32,651 nucleotides of DNA from a virus (IMGVR_UViG_3300020045_010441:1-32651), one strand, 5' to 3'; shown: positions 7,973-16,275, counted from the first letter of the stretch. Program-made: numbers and translations. The notes: generated by a model from the sequence alone, not told the origin.

Positions 7973-10900
7973 TTATGCCTTAAAAATAGTAAGCCAATGG
8001 TTCACGCCGCTATTCGATGAGCTTAGTGTTTGATTTGAGTTGGGCCTTATTGATAGTGTTTGCCCCGCCGTTAAGTACGCAGAGCCGTTTATTTGTGCAA
8101 ATTCATTACCATAAGTTGAACAGGTTTTGTATGCTGCCCCTTCTTTATACATAACAAGCCTGTCGCCCCAGGTCGTAGTGCATCTAGCTATTCCCATGAA
8201 AATCCAATTCCCGGTTGACGGTGCTTTGAAAATTGTCCCATTCCAAGAGCTTGTTGCGTCTTGCTCTGCCGTTGTCCATTCAACATTGGTCACAGCCGCA
8301 GTCAGTCCTATTCCTGTGTTTGTTGTGTAGTTTAAATAAGTCGACCTTTCAACCCACGAAGGATTAGCCGCAGCGCCACCGCTTGTTAAGATTTTCGTCG
8401 TGCTCGCATCAGGGGCTAGAACTACAGCAGTCACGCCAGAGCCAGAGAGTAAAACGCCGTATTGATTCGCTGCTGCTATTAAATTGCTTGTTGCATAGAC
8501 AGCGCTTGTTGCGCCATTGGCAAAAACAGCGCTTGTCGCTCCATTAGAAAATACGGAATATGTAGAGCCCTGGGAATAAACCGAAGACGTTGCGCCGTTA
8601 GCAAACACAGAACTAGTTGCCCCGATTGCATAACCAGTAATTGACCCAGTTGCTAGACCGATGTTGGGAGTCGTGAAAACAGGCGAGTTAAGCCTTGCCA
8701 CGTTACCAGTCCCAATGCCTGTACCAGTGTACTCATCAGAAGTTAAGTGGTAGTATTGCGCTGTAACACCCGACCCGGTGCCGCCCTGTAGCCCAGCCAA
8801 GTCACCATGTAACACAACCAAAGGTGTTTGAAATTGGGTGTTTCTAGTTGTCCCGTCGTAAGTAGTTGTGAGCGTTGTATTGTTGTTTGATGTCCCGAAG
8901 GTAATAGCGCCAAGCTTGTCAGTTGTGGCAATTGCGAAAGCGCCTTGCGTTGTTGTAAACGTGTTAGCTGCATAGTTCGGGCTTATCGAGGTGATTGCTG
9001 AAGACGTTGCGCCAAATAATTTAAACCACTTGTTATAGGTGACGCCAGTTTCATTAACATAAGTTGATAGCGTTGAGATTGTAACAACACTTGAAGAAGT
9101 GAAAGCTGTTATTTGATAAATACCTTGTGGCGTTTGCAAATAGCTCGCAACGGTATTTGTGGCTGAAGCATCGCCAGCAACAAAAGGCGTTGCACCTGTC
9201 ACAGTTGCAGTTCTACTTGTCCCTGTTCCTGTGGTTGTAACAGTTCCGGTCGCTGGTATTACTTGATAGATGTTTCTTGTAATTGTAGTGACTCGCCCGC
9301 CGCCTGTAGAGTTAACACCCGCATAGCTTGTAAAAATCCAAGAGCCAGCGTCAATTGAAGCTTTGCCCAGTGCTGTGTCATAAAGCCAAGCTGCTGCTGC
9401 AACGGTATTTGTTGCAAGTGATGTTGATGTTGTTTGCTCTGCGGTCGTGACAGGCGTTCTTGATAGGGTGTTGATTGCAAGAGCGTTATTTGTGCTGGTT
9501 GCCGTAATTGTCGGAGTTGCGTTGTAGAAATTAACGCCAGCCCCAGCCGACACAGTTGACGCCTGGTTGACCCACTTGGTGCCGTTCCATGCAAGTCTAT
9601 CGCCAAGCGTGGGAGTTGATGCGTCAACGTCAGAAAGCGAGGTCAAAGAAAGCGCTGGAGTTGGAAAAACGCTTTCACAAGCGCAGCCAATCTCTTGAAA
9701 TCCACTTGCCCCCTGTTTTACAATTACCCTAGCAACAAGTATCGCTGTTTCGTGATGCAAAATCTCTGGCAAATCTGCGGTCATAAACGGTTGAGCCGTT
9801 CTTGCTTCGCCAAGTGACGCATAAGCTTCTTGACCGTATATCATGAAGGGCTTTGCTGGGGTGTTCACCACTAAGTAAACCCAATAAACGCCGTACTCAC
9901 CAACTGCCAAGTTTGCAAGGCCAGTCGAAACATCATTATATTGAGAATTGGAAATCTGTGTTTCGCCAGGAACATAAACCCAAGCTGCGCCGTTGTAATA
10001 AACAGAAGTAAACGTGTCAACGCCACTTGTGTCGATTGCGGGAGTGGTGAAGCGGGTCAAGCCGTTCCAATAAATCCCGGCAGAAATCTCGAACTTTCTA
10101 GAAGCAAGCTCTGTTAGCTCTGCGGCGCTATCCATTTCCGGCGCGTTAGGCATAGTTTCTTCATTATATTGAATCATTAACCCAGCATGGTCGCCAACTG
10201 TGTGCTTAACTGTTTCATTTATGTAAAGCTCAGTGCCTATGCGATAAACAGTTGCCAGGTCTGTATATGTAAATGGGTTGGGGGCTTCGGTCGTAGAAGT
10301 TTCAACTTGGGGCGACCCAGAGTTGTAGTTGACGTAAATATAATTAAGGTCGCCGTCAACCATTGACAAATTTGTAACTGCTGCCCAATCAAAGAAAAAC
10401 AAAAGCCCCAGTGCATTGGCGGCGTTTCTAATTGCGCCCTGTCCAGCATCAACATCAACTGTCCCATCGCCATTATCTGTTATTGACCCGCCGTTCACCC
10501 ATCCGGTTGAGTGGAAAAATGTCTGCATATCTTGAGCAGTTGAATAAGTGGAGCCGGGCAATGCTGCGAGAATGATTTGCGTAGACCCAGCTTGACCAGT
10601 GAAAGTCACAGAAGCGGTTGCACCTGATGCGTAAACGGCGCTTGTGGCCCCCGAAGCATAGACAGCCGATGTTGCCCCGCTTGCATAGACTGCTGATGTT
10701 GCTCCTTGGGCGTACACAGAAGACGTTGCGCCTTGTGCGAAAACAGCAGACGCAACCGCCCCATCAAATGCCCCTACAAATGTTGTGCCTGTAACAAGCC
10801 CGCTAAATGTCCCGCCAGCAATAGGCATTTTCAATGAATCGAAATAAGACAAATAATTGAAAGCATCGCCGATTGACGTTGTGACCCCAATGGTCCCATT

Positions 10901-11278
10901 AACTACAGTGTAGCCAGCAAGAAGCTTTGAGATAACCGCAGAGTTGCCAAGCGTGACGTTGCCAGTTACTCCAATTGTAGCTTCGCCCCACATTGAAGAA
11001 CCAACTGCGATGTTTGAAACACCGCCAATAAAGATTCCACCTTGAGCAAGCGATGGAAGTGGTAACCCGCTAGGGTCAAAGCCAAACGTAACTTTCTGTG
11101 TTGCAAAATCACCTGTGATTGTCAGCGCAGAACTACCGCTTGTGAAGGTAACCGCTGCGGCTGGCATGGTGGCGCTTGGTGAAGTACCAAAGTCTGTCTG
11201 AATTGTAGCGATTGAATTTGAGATTGCTGGGTCTAGCCCTGGGTCACCGCTTGATAAAACTTTTATATTCAAACTCAT
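7973..11278 (-). CDS. tail fibre / receptor-binding protein with C1q-like tip
   Basis: 1101 aa, T/G/A/S-rich. Fibre motifs LTSLSDV..GDRLAWNGTKWVN and HGDLAGLQGG..YYHLT, two blocks of 9-aa repeats, C-terminal WNGTIFKAPSTGNWIF...YLTAGQTL. Confidence 0.85.
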   Translation of the reverse strand: MSLNIKVLSSGDPGLDPAISNSIATIQTDFGTSPSATMPAAAVTFTSGSSALTITGDFATQKVTFGFDPSGLPLPSLAQGGIFIGGVSNIAVGSSMWGEATIGVTGNVTLGNSAVISKLLAGYTVVNGTIGVTTSIGDAFNYLSYFDSLKMPIAGGTFSGLVTGTTFVGAFDGAVASAVFAQGATSSVYAQGATSAVYASGATSAVYASGATSAVYASGATASVTFTGQAGSTQIILAALPGSTYSTAQDMQTFFHSTGWVNGGSITDNGDGTVDVDAGQGAIRNAANALGLLFFFDWAAVTNLSMVDGDLNYIYVNYNSGSPQVETSTTEAPNPFTYTDLATVYRIGTELYINETVKHTVGDHAGLMIQYNEETMPNAPEMDSAAELTELASRKFEISAGIYWNGLTRFTTPAIDTSGVDTFTSVYYNGAAWVYVPGETQISNSQYNDVSTGLANLAVGEYGVYWVYLVVNTPAKPFMIYGQEAYASLGEARTAQPFMTADLPEILHHETAILVARVIVKQGASGFQEIGCACESVFPTPALSLTSLSDVDASTPTLGDRLAWNGTKWVNQASTVSAGAGVNFYNATPTITATSTNNALAINTLSRTPVTTAEQTTSTSLATNTVAAAAWLYDTALGKASIDAGSWIFTSYAGVNSTGGGRVTTITRNIYQVIPATGTVTTTGTGTSRTATVTGATPFVAGDASATNTVASYLQTPQGIYQITAFTSSSVVTISTLSTYVNETGVTYNKWFKLFGATSSAITSISPNYAANTFTTTQGAFAIATTDKLGAITFGTSNNNTTLTTTYDGTTRNTQFQTPLVVLHGDLAGLQGGTGSGVTAQYYHLTSDEYTGTGIGTGNVARLNSPVFTTPNIGLATGSITGYAIGATSSVFANGATSSVYSQGSTYSVFSNGATSAVFANGATSAVYATSNLIAAANQYGVLLSGSGVTAVVLAPDASTTKILTSGGAAANPSWVERSTYLNYTTNTGIGLTAAVTNVEWTTAEQDATSSWNGTIFKAPSTGNWIFMGIARCTTTWGDRLVMYKEGAAYKTCSTYGNEFAQINGSAYLTAGQTLSIRPNSNQTLSSSNSGVNHWLTIFKA
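8483..8636 (-). repeat. 9-aa (27-nt) imperfect tandem repeat, block 2 of the fibre
   Basis: YAIGATSSVFANGATSSVYSQGSTYSVFSNGATSAVFANGATSAVY (boundaries approximate). Confidence 0.85.
10615..10755 (-). repeat. 9-aa (27-nt) imperfect tandem repeat, block 1 of the fibre
   Basis: SAVFAQGATSSVYAQGATSAVYASGATSAVYASGATSAVYASGAT (boundaries approximate). Confidence 0.9.
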
Positions 11279-11520
11279 TTAAGCACCGCCCAAGCTACAA
11301 TTGAATGATCGGAACTGCTAGTCGATGAAATGTCAAAGCTTGCATGAAACACCCTTGCACTAAGAAAGCCTTGCGTTCCTCTTGCGTCTACGACTGAAAG
11401 AAACACCAAAGAGTCGTGAGCTAAGTCTTCGCAATAAACAACTGCCTCACCCGCGACAAGCTCCGCTGTGCCGCAAATGTAAGGCTTACTTTGCTGTGCA
11501 ACTGGCTTTTTCCAAAACAT
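11275..11520 (-). CDS. small beta-rich virion/fibre-associated protein (start corrected to ATG 11520)
   Basis: MFWKKP...GTAELVAGEAVV...SFDISSTSSSDHSIVAWAVLK. ATG overlaps the upstream TAA (TAATG); its stop overlaps the fibre start. Confidence 0.7.
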   Translation of the reverse strand: MFWKKPVAQQSKPYICGTAELVAGEAVVYCEDLAHDSLVFLSVVDARGTQGFLSARVFHASFDISSTSSSDHSIVAWAVLK

Positions 11521-11969
11521 TAAGTCAAAACCGTCCAGGTCCCAACGCTGGCAATTGCTTGCCATTGTGTTGACCCAACTGCGGCCAATGTTATTGCATT
11601 CCCAAGCGTTGTGCATCCTACCCAGCCGCCAAGAGTCGAGCCATCTGCGGCGTTTTGTATTGTTTGACTCGCGCCTGCGTTTATTTGCATTCCGTCTGCG
11701 TCCGTGACAGCAAACGTAAAGTTAAGACCAGACGATGCGCTTGGAAGCTTGTAAACGCACAATTGGGTTGCGCCTGTATTTGTTACCATTGCCCCAGACT
11801 GCGATGCGGCAAGTACAAGCTGGCTAGCTCCGGGAGTGATGCTATTTATTGCTGGAAAAACATTTGCAAGAGAATAAATCAGCGATGAGCCGTACTGCTG
11901 AATCAATGAAGTGCCCTGTTCAGCGCTAATCCCTTGTATTGTGCTCGAAACTTTTATGTTCAAGCCCAT
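11520..11969 (-). CDS. putative minor tail/fibre protein
   Basis: 149 aa; LPSASSGLNFTF...ITLAAVGSTQW resembles beta-sandwich virion domains. N-terminus resembles that of the long fibre. Confidence 0.72.
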   Translation of the reverse strand: MGLNIKVSSTIQGISAEQGTSLIQQYGSSLIYSLANVFPAINSITPGASQLVLAASQSGAMVTNTGATQLCVYKLPSASSGLNFTFAVTDADGMQINAGASQTIQNAADGSTLGGWVGCTTLGNAITLAAVGSTQWQAIASVGTWTVLT

Positions 11970-12259
11970 TATGTCCCCGCAGTCTTGCCGCGAATAATGT
12001 GAGCGATTGAAGTTGCTCCGGTTGAGGAAAGAAAAAATTCAACTGGCCCGCCGAAGGTTAGCGCTTCAGAACTTCCCAAGACATAACCTGTTCCTGCTGT
12101 TTGAGCAGAGCTACCAAGAATTTCAAGCGTGCCGCCCCCGGCATATTTCAACGTCAGGTTAGCAACGCCAACGCCCGCGGTAATTCCCGCCACATAACCG
12201 CCACTAGTGCCAATGTTTAGTCTTTCAGTTTGCAGAGTCCAAATATCGTCTGATCTCAA
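11969..12259 (-). CDS. small Gly/Thr-rich putative virion protein
   Basis: 96 aa, TTG start with AAGGGGG SD; stop overlaps the next ATG. Confidence 0.7.
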   Translation of the reverse strand: MRSDDIWTLQTERLNIGTSGGYVAGITAGVGVANLTLKYAGGGTLEILGSSAQTAGTGYVLGSSEALTFGGPVEFFLSSTGATSIAHIIRGKTAGT

Positions 12260-12295
12260 AATTTCCCCCTTGTGGTTTACAAGCCTAATCGTGTG

Positions 12296-13033
12296 TCAAA
12301 CATTTTTTAAATTCAACTTTTTCCTTTGTTCGTCCGAAATTTCAGACCTTATGATATGACCAATGCAGTCTGACGCACTGTACCTAGTCCCAACAATGAC
12401 CAATGAACCGTTCGGCTCAAGCAATGAAATACTCATCTTGTAATAGTTTATTACCTTTTCGCAGCCTTCTTTGGTCAATGAATTGTTTAAGCTGTTCAAA
12501 TCGTCGTGAATTATGACGTCATAGTGTTGGCCGACCTTAACAGTTCCAACGCCGCCGCAAGTGATAGTTGCTTCTTTGAGCGTCTTAGTCCTTTGGTTAA
12601 CAATGATCTCGCTCTCTGACCATGTTGTGGGGCTTTTAAAGTCACCAAATACTTCCGTGATCTCTGGATTTTCAAGGTGAGATCTAATCTCTCGAAGAAA
12701 GTTTTTAGAGTTGGTGTAAATCTCACTTGAAATTAATATTCGGATGTTGGGATTTCTCAAGATTAGCCAAATAGGATAAGCAACGCTGCAAATAGAGCTT
12801 TTAAGCGAGCCCCTTGGCATAACAACAAGCTTTCTGGGCGTGTTTGCTTCTAGCGCATCAATTACGCCGCTGTGTGTCCTTCGATTGATGTCTTTGAAGT
12901 TACACAAGACCCTTGCTGTGTAATAAAGCGAAGCTCTAAACTCATCACGCAACGCTTCGTTAACCAAATCAATCCGTTGCTTGGGGCTAAGGTCTTGAGA
13001 TAAGCCTTCTATTGTGTCGATTATGTCCACCAA
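12296..13033 (-). CDS. terL: terminase large subunit, N-terminal ATPase core (start uncertain: TTG 13033, GTG 13030 or TTG 13093)
   Basis: Walker A MPRGSLKSS, GVGTVKVGQHYD, Walker B YDVIIHDD, coupling motif VIVGTRY; stop follows about 28 codons later. Confidence 0.92.
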   Translation of the reverse strand: MVDIIDTIEGLSQDLSPKQRIDLVNEALRDEFRASLYYTARVLCNFKDINRRTHSGVIDALEANTPRKLVVMPRGSLKSSICSVAYPIWLILRNPNIRILISSEIYTNSKNFLREIRSHLENPEITEVFGDFKSPTTWSESEIIVNQRTKTLKEATITCGGVGTVKVGQHYDVIIHDDLNSLNNSLTKEGCEKVINYYKMSISLLEPNGSLVIVGTRYSASDCIGHIIRSEISDEQRKKLNLKNV

Positions 13034-13052
13034 ATAATTAAAGGGGTAAAAA

Positions 13053-13811
13053 TTGGAAAGATCAATCTCGGTTATTGTTGCAACGTACTGCAAAGAGAAT
13101 TTAGACTACTTGAAACTAACTTTAGAAAGTCTCAAAAGACAGGAAAAAGTAAAGCCGGAGGTGATACTTGTCTCAAGCGGTGATTTTCAACCTGATGTCG
13201 GCAATCTTTGTTATTTACATTTTCACAGCGATACTCGTTTACATTACGCTGAAGCGATAAACCGTGGCATTGAAATGTCAAAGGGCGATTACATTGTAAT
13301 CTCAAACGACGATTTGGTTTACACAAAGTATGCGCTTTATACAATGGCGGCTAGCATTCAAGGCGGTCATGCAATCTTAAATCCCTTGTCAAACTGTGAC
13401 AATATGTGGGCCTTTGTTACCCCATTTACTTTCGAGCATGAGGGTAAGACGATTGAAATGGACAAGCGCTTTTATCGCTGGGATGAATGGGCTCCCTACC
13501 ATGAATCAATGATGAATGCTGTTAGCCCTTTTAAGTATATGCTGATTGATAGAACCCTACAGGGTAATTGCTTCTATTGCACAATGATGCCAAGAATTAC
13601 CTGGGAGCTAGTTGGAAAGCTTGACGAGAAGTTGCGCACTGGCCTTGAAGATAAAGACTATTCTCGTAGGGCAATGCTCAAGGGAGTGAAAAGTTACATC
13701 GCTGCTCATTCATTGGTCTGGCATTTCGGCGGGGTATCAGCAGAGAAAGCAATGGACAATTTAACTAAAATGGAAAACCAAGCGTACTATGATTTGAAGT
13801 GGAATTATTAA
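13053..13811 (+). CDS. family 2 glycosyltransferase
   Basis: ISVIVATY, YAEAINRGIEMSKGDYIVISNDD (DxD-like), LDEKLRTGLEDKDYSRR, VWHFGG. TTG start with AAGGGG SD. Confidence 0.9.
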   Translation: MERSISVIVATYCKENLDYLKLTLESLKRQEKVKPEVILVSSGDFQPDVGNLCYLHFHSDTRLHYAEAINRGIEMSKGDYIVISNDDLVYTKYALYTMAASIQGGHAILNPLSNCDNMWAFVTPFTFEHEGKTIEMDKRFYRWDEWAPYHESMMNAVSPFKYMLIDRTLQGNCFYCTMMPRITWELVGKLDEKLRTGLEDKDYSRRAMLKGVKSYIAAHSLVWHFGGVSAEKAMDNLTKMENQAYYDLKWNY

Positions 13812-13818
13812 ACCAGCA

Positions 13819-13855
13819 ATGGGGGAGGGGAGCAGCGACTATCCCTTTCCCCCAT
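13819..13855. terminator. stem-loop at the convergence of GT2 and terS
   Basis: ATGGGGGAGGGGA ... TCCCTTTCCCCCAT inverted repeat lying between and overlapping the two convergent stops. Confidence 0.55.
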
Positions 13856-14369
13856 CACCGGAGGTTTTTTCTTCTTTGATCTCTCGAAGCCTTGCAAGGG
13901 CCTTCTTGTATTTGTCAGTATCGGGGTCAATAACATCTTCGACCTTCACTACATCTTTGACTTTTCCTATCATTCTATTCAAGAGAAATTCCATTTTCTT
14001 TTCGTCGCCCTTAGCCATAGCAACGTGCCAAATCTTAGCCATAGCAGTCTCAAGGGCAGTTGAGTCGGGGTCTTGATACAAGTCTCTGATTTCTTCTTTT
14101 GTCAAAGTTGAGAATTTTAGCGAGATTCTAGCAAACTCTTTTTGAGTCATGATTGTCGCAAGCTTGTCTGCAATTGGTATGCGTGGCCTACCTGGACCGC
14201 CCACATTGCCCTTAACAAATTTCCTATCCACCTTCTCAGTGAGTAGTGCCCTTCTCTCTGGCTGTTCCTTCTTAACTTCTTCGGGCTTTGGCTGTTCTAT
14301 CTGCGGCGCAGCTGGCAATTCAATAGGCAAGTTTTTAGGTTTTCTTTTGAACCAATCTAGAAATGACAT
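13839..14369 (-). CDS. terS: terminase small subunit (putative)
   Basis: KFVKGNVGGPGRP motif and AMAKGDEKKMEFLLNRMIGK helix, typical of DUF5681-like TerS. Lies upstream of the TerL ATPase gene. Confidence 0.7.
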   Translation of the reverse strand: MSFLDWFKRKPKNLPIELPAAPQIEQPKPEEVKKEQPERRALLTEKVDRKFVKGNVGGPGRPRIPIADKLATIMTQKEFARISLKFSTLTKEEIRDLYQDPDSTALETAMAKIWHVAMAKGDEKKMEFLLNRMIGKVKDVVKVEDVIDPDTDKYKKALARLREIKEEKTSGDGGKG

Positions 14370-14461
14370 AATGAGTTATTAATTGTGTTTTTTGTTTGAT
14401 TCATTCAGTTCCCTTCATGGATTATTGAATGCGATTTCTCAAGCCTAGCTATCTATTTAAT

Positions 14462-14998
14462 TTAATCAAGCTTTTTCGCTTCTGACTGTTCAAAAGCCTC
14501 GTTACAGTGTGGGCATACTAGGATTTTGACTTTGGTGTCTTTTGTTTTTTCATCTTTTGGTGCCAGCAGATTCTCTCGCTCTGTGTCGTCAAAGCCAGTT
14601 AAGTCCATGTCTATGTTTAACTCATCTAGCCGAAGAAGTGAGTTAGTTAGTTTTGGTAAATCCCAAGAGCCGCCTTGCTTATTTGCAGCTATCAGCGCAG
14701 CTTCATGACGCGCCTCATCCCACATTACGCCTCTGTAGGGGAAGCGTTCACCATTGAACAAAACATGGCCTATTTCAACGGTTCCGGTCTTGGTCTGCTC
14801 AACGTCTTGTTTAACAATTTCCCCATGCTCTATGGCCTTTTGGTGTTGATGTCCGGCCACTAGTTTTTCGTTAGCGAGATTGAAGACAATCCCATGAAGC
14901 GGGCCAAATTCTTCGAAGCTTGCCTTGAGCATTGCTAGCCGCTTGTCAGATATTTTTCTGGGATTTCTTTCGTGTGGCGTCATTTCTTCTAGCTTCAT
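14462..14998 (-). CDS. ParB/Srx-like N-terminal domain protein
   Basis: PHERNPRKIS...SFEEFG...LVAGHQH, ANKQGGSWD, C-terminal CPHC. Usual position upstream of terS. Confidence 0.8.
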   Translation of the reverse strand: MKLEEMTPHERNPRKISDKRLAMLKASFEEFGPLHGIVFNLANEKLVAGHQHQKAIEHGEIVKQDVEQTKTGTVEIGHVLFNGERFPYRGVMWDEARHEAALIAANKQGGSWDLPKLTNSLLRLDELNIDMDLTGFDDTERENLLAPKDEKTKDTKVKILVCPHCNEAFEQSEAKKLD

Positions 14999-15132
14999 GC
15001 TTCCCCCAAGCTGAATGAAAGTGTAATGAGTGGTAGTTCTAGCATCAGCGTGTGAAGCATTTGTTCCTTCACCACTAACACCCCCAGTCTGATTCTTCGA
15101 TGCAGCGCAATGTTCACGCTTATTATTATCAT
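14995..15132 (-). CDS. 45-aa small ORF coupled at both ends (not in ORF track)
   Basis: MIIISVNIALHRRIRLGVLVVKEQMLHTLMLELPLITLSFSLGEA*; ATGA overlaps with both neighbours. Confidence 0.4.
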   Translation of the reverse strand: MIIISVNIALHRRIRLGVLVVKEQMLHTLMLELPLITLSFSLGEA

Positions 15133-15923
15133 TTCTTTGAGCCTATTAAAACCATGACATGACCTTCGCAGTACTTAAAGTCGTATTTTGGGAAAAGCCT
15201 TTGCGCTTCCATGTTGAAATCTTTTGGGGTGAAAGTTTTAATGTGGCCGAGTTCTCTTGTTTCCCAGTTGGGCATTGACCCGGCAAAGTTGTATTTAGGT
15301 GTCGATAGAATAATCCACTCTGGCTCTGACTCTAGCTGCGCAGCGTAATGCGTCAAGTCCTCTGGGTTCCAAAGATGTTCGATTATTTCACAAGCGACGA
15401 AGATTGTCGGGCTTGTTGCGTTTTCTTGCCAATCGACTTTTTGTTTTATCTCATCAAGCCGATCATCTGAAAGATCAACGCTTTTATAGGTGAAGTCGCA
15501 ACCGCGTTCTTTTAGTCCAAGCGGTAAGTAGAAATTGCCAGCGCCAAGGTCAAAGATATGTGGCTTTATTTGCGCATTGTTGTAGCCTTGCACGATTTCT
15601 AAAATTGCATGGGAGCGAGGCCACGCAAGATCAAATTCTTGTGCGCCATTTAGGAATTTATAGCTTGTGTTTTTTGCGTAATCTTTGTTTGTGTAGAGTT
15701 GGCGATAAAGCGCCTTTCTCATTTCTGTAACTTCTTTTGGTTCATTGTCTCGATACCAGCCGGGGAGTTGATTCAGCATTTTGAAAGCAAAAGCAATTTC
15801 TTCGCTGTTAATCATCATATCAACGGCTTGAAGATAAACGTCTAGATTGAAAACCCTAGACCGACCTTTGTTTTCTGCTGTGTTTTGATCGAAAGTATCA
15901 AATGAGTATTTGTGTTCAAACAA
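15129..15923 (-). CDS. class I SAM-dependent methyltransferase (small-molecule/glycan type)
   Basis: IFDLGAGN motif I, YKSVDL, CEIIEHLWNP, IILSTP, GHIKTFT. No DPPY/NPPY or PC DNA-methylase motif. TTG start with GGGGA SD. Confidence 0.78.
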   Translation of the reverse strand: MFEHKYSFDTFDQNTAENKGRSRVFNLDVYLQAVDMMINSEEIAFAFKMLNQLPGWYRDNEPKEVTEMRKALYRQLYTNKDYAKNTSYKFLNGAQEFDLAWPRSHAILEIVQGYNNAQIKPHIFDLGAGNFYLPLGLKERGCDFTYKSVDLSDDRLDEIKQKVDWQENATSPTIFVACEIIEHLWNPEDLTHYAAQLESEPEWIILSTPKYNFAGSMPNWETRELGHIKTFTPKDFNMEAQRLFPKYDFKYCEGHVMVLIGSKK

Positions 15924-15936
15924 GAATCCCCCGATG

Positions 15937-16275
15937 TTAGTTATATTCTAAAAGAGTCGGGTGATATATTTCTGTGTCATTAATGACCCAGCCCGCCCTT
16001 TTCAGGAGTATCCTTACATGGGGTGATTTTTCAAGAAATTTTCTCAAGCCTTGATCGTGTATTTTTCTGTGACACCTAGCTGTGCAAAGTGGTAACAGAT
16101 TTTCTTCGAGGTCTACGCCGCCAGCGCCAACTGAAATAATGTGATGCGGCGAAACGCCAGACCATGACCCGCAATTTGCACAAGGCAGCTCTCTTATTCT
16201 TTGCAAAAGCTTTTTATCTTTGATTCTTTTTTTCTTCTGATGCGGCGTCATGCCTTTATTTTGAAACAATTCCAT
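15937..16275 (-). CDS. HNH-like / DUF968-like nuclease
   Basis: IRELPCANCG...SPHHI...GG...NLLPLCTARCHRKIH. Confidence 0.8.
   Translation of the reverse strand: MELFQNKGMTPHQKKKRIKDKKLLQRIRELPCANCGSWSGVSPHHIISVGAGGVDLEENLLPLCTARCHRKIHDQGLRKFLEKSPHVRILLKRAGWVINDTEIYHPTLLEYN

Noticed and set aside
11521-11616. Long N-terminal extension of the 11275-11616 ORF
   Set aside because: It overlaps the upstream gene by about 97 nt; ATG 11520 gives a clean TAATG coupling.
7654-12330. Excisable element or intron that would restore terL (AAGGAAA occurs near both ends)
   Set aside because: Joining at AAGGAAA gives AGG AAA TAA, an in-frame stop. The interval is fully protein-coding, with no room for a group I/II core and no recombinase.
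12296-12370. Split intein joining the TerL halves (N-half ends CIGHIIRSEISDEQRKKLNLKNV, similar in length to the short IntN of the AceL-TerL intein)
   Set aside because: DCIGHII matches the ordinary TerL DxxGxxx helix after GTR. The C-half begins directly with TerL sequence and has no IntC or HN-[C/S/T] junction.
12280-14447. Shared CAAGCCTA 8-mer in two intergenic gaps (12280, 14440) as a late-promoter motif
   Set aside because: Too short to be significant and also present inside a coding region near 23030.
15129-15923. DNA methyltransferase / restriction-modification role
   Set aside because: No DPPY/NPPY/SPPY or PC catalytic motif; the EIIEHL..P and STP motifs fit small-molecule or glycan methyltransferases.
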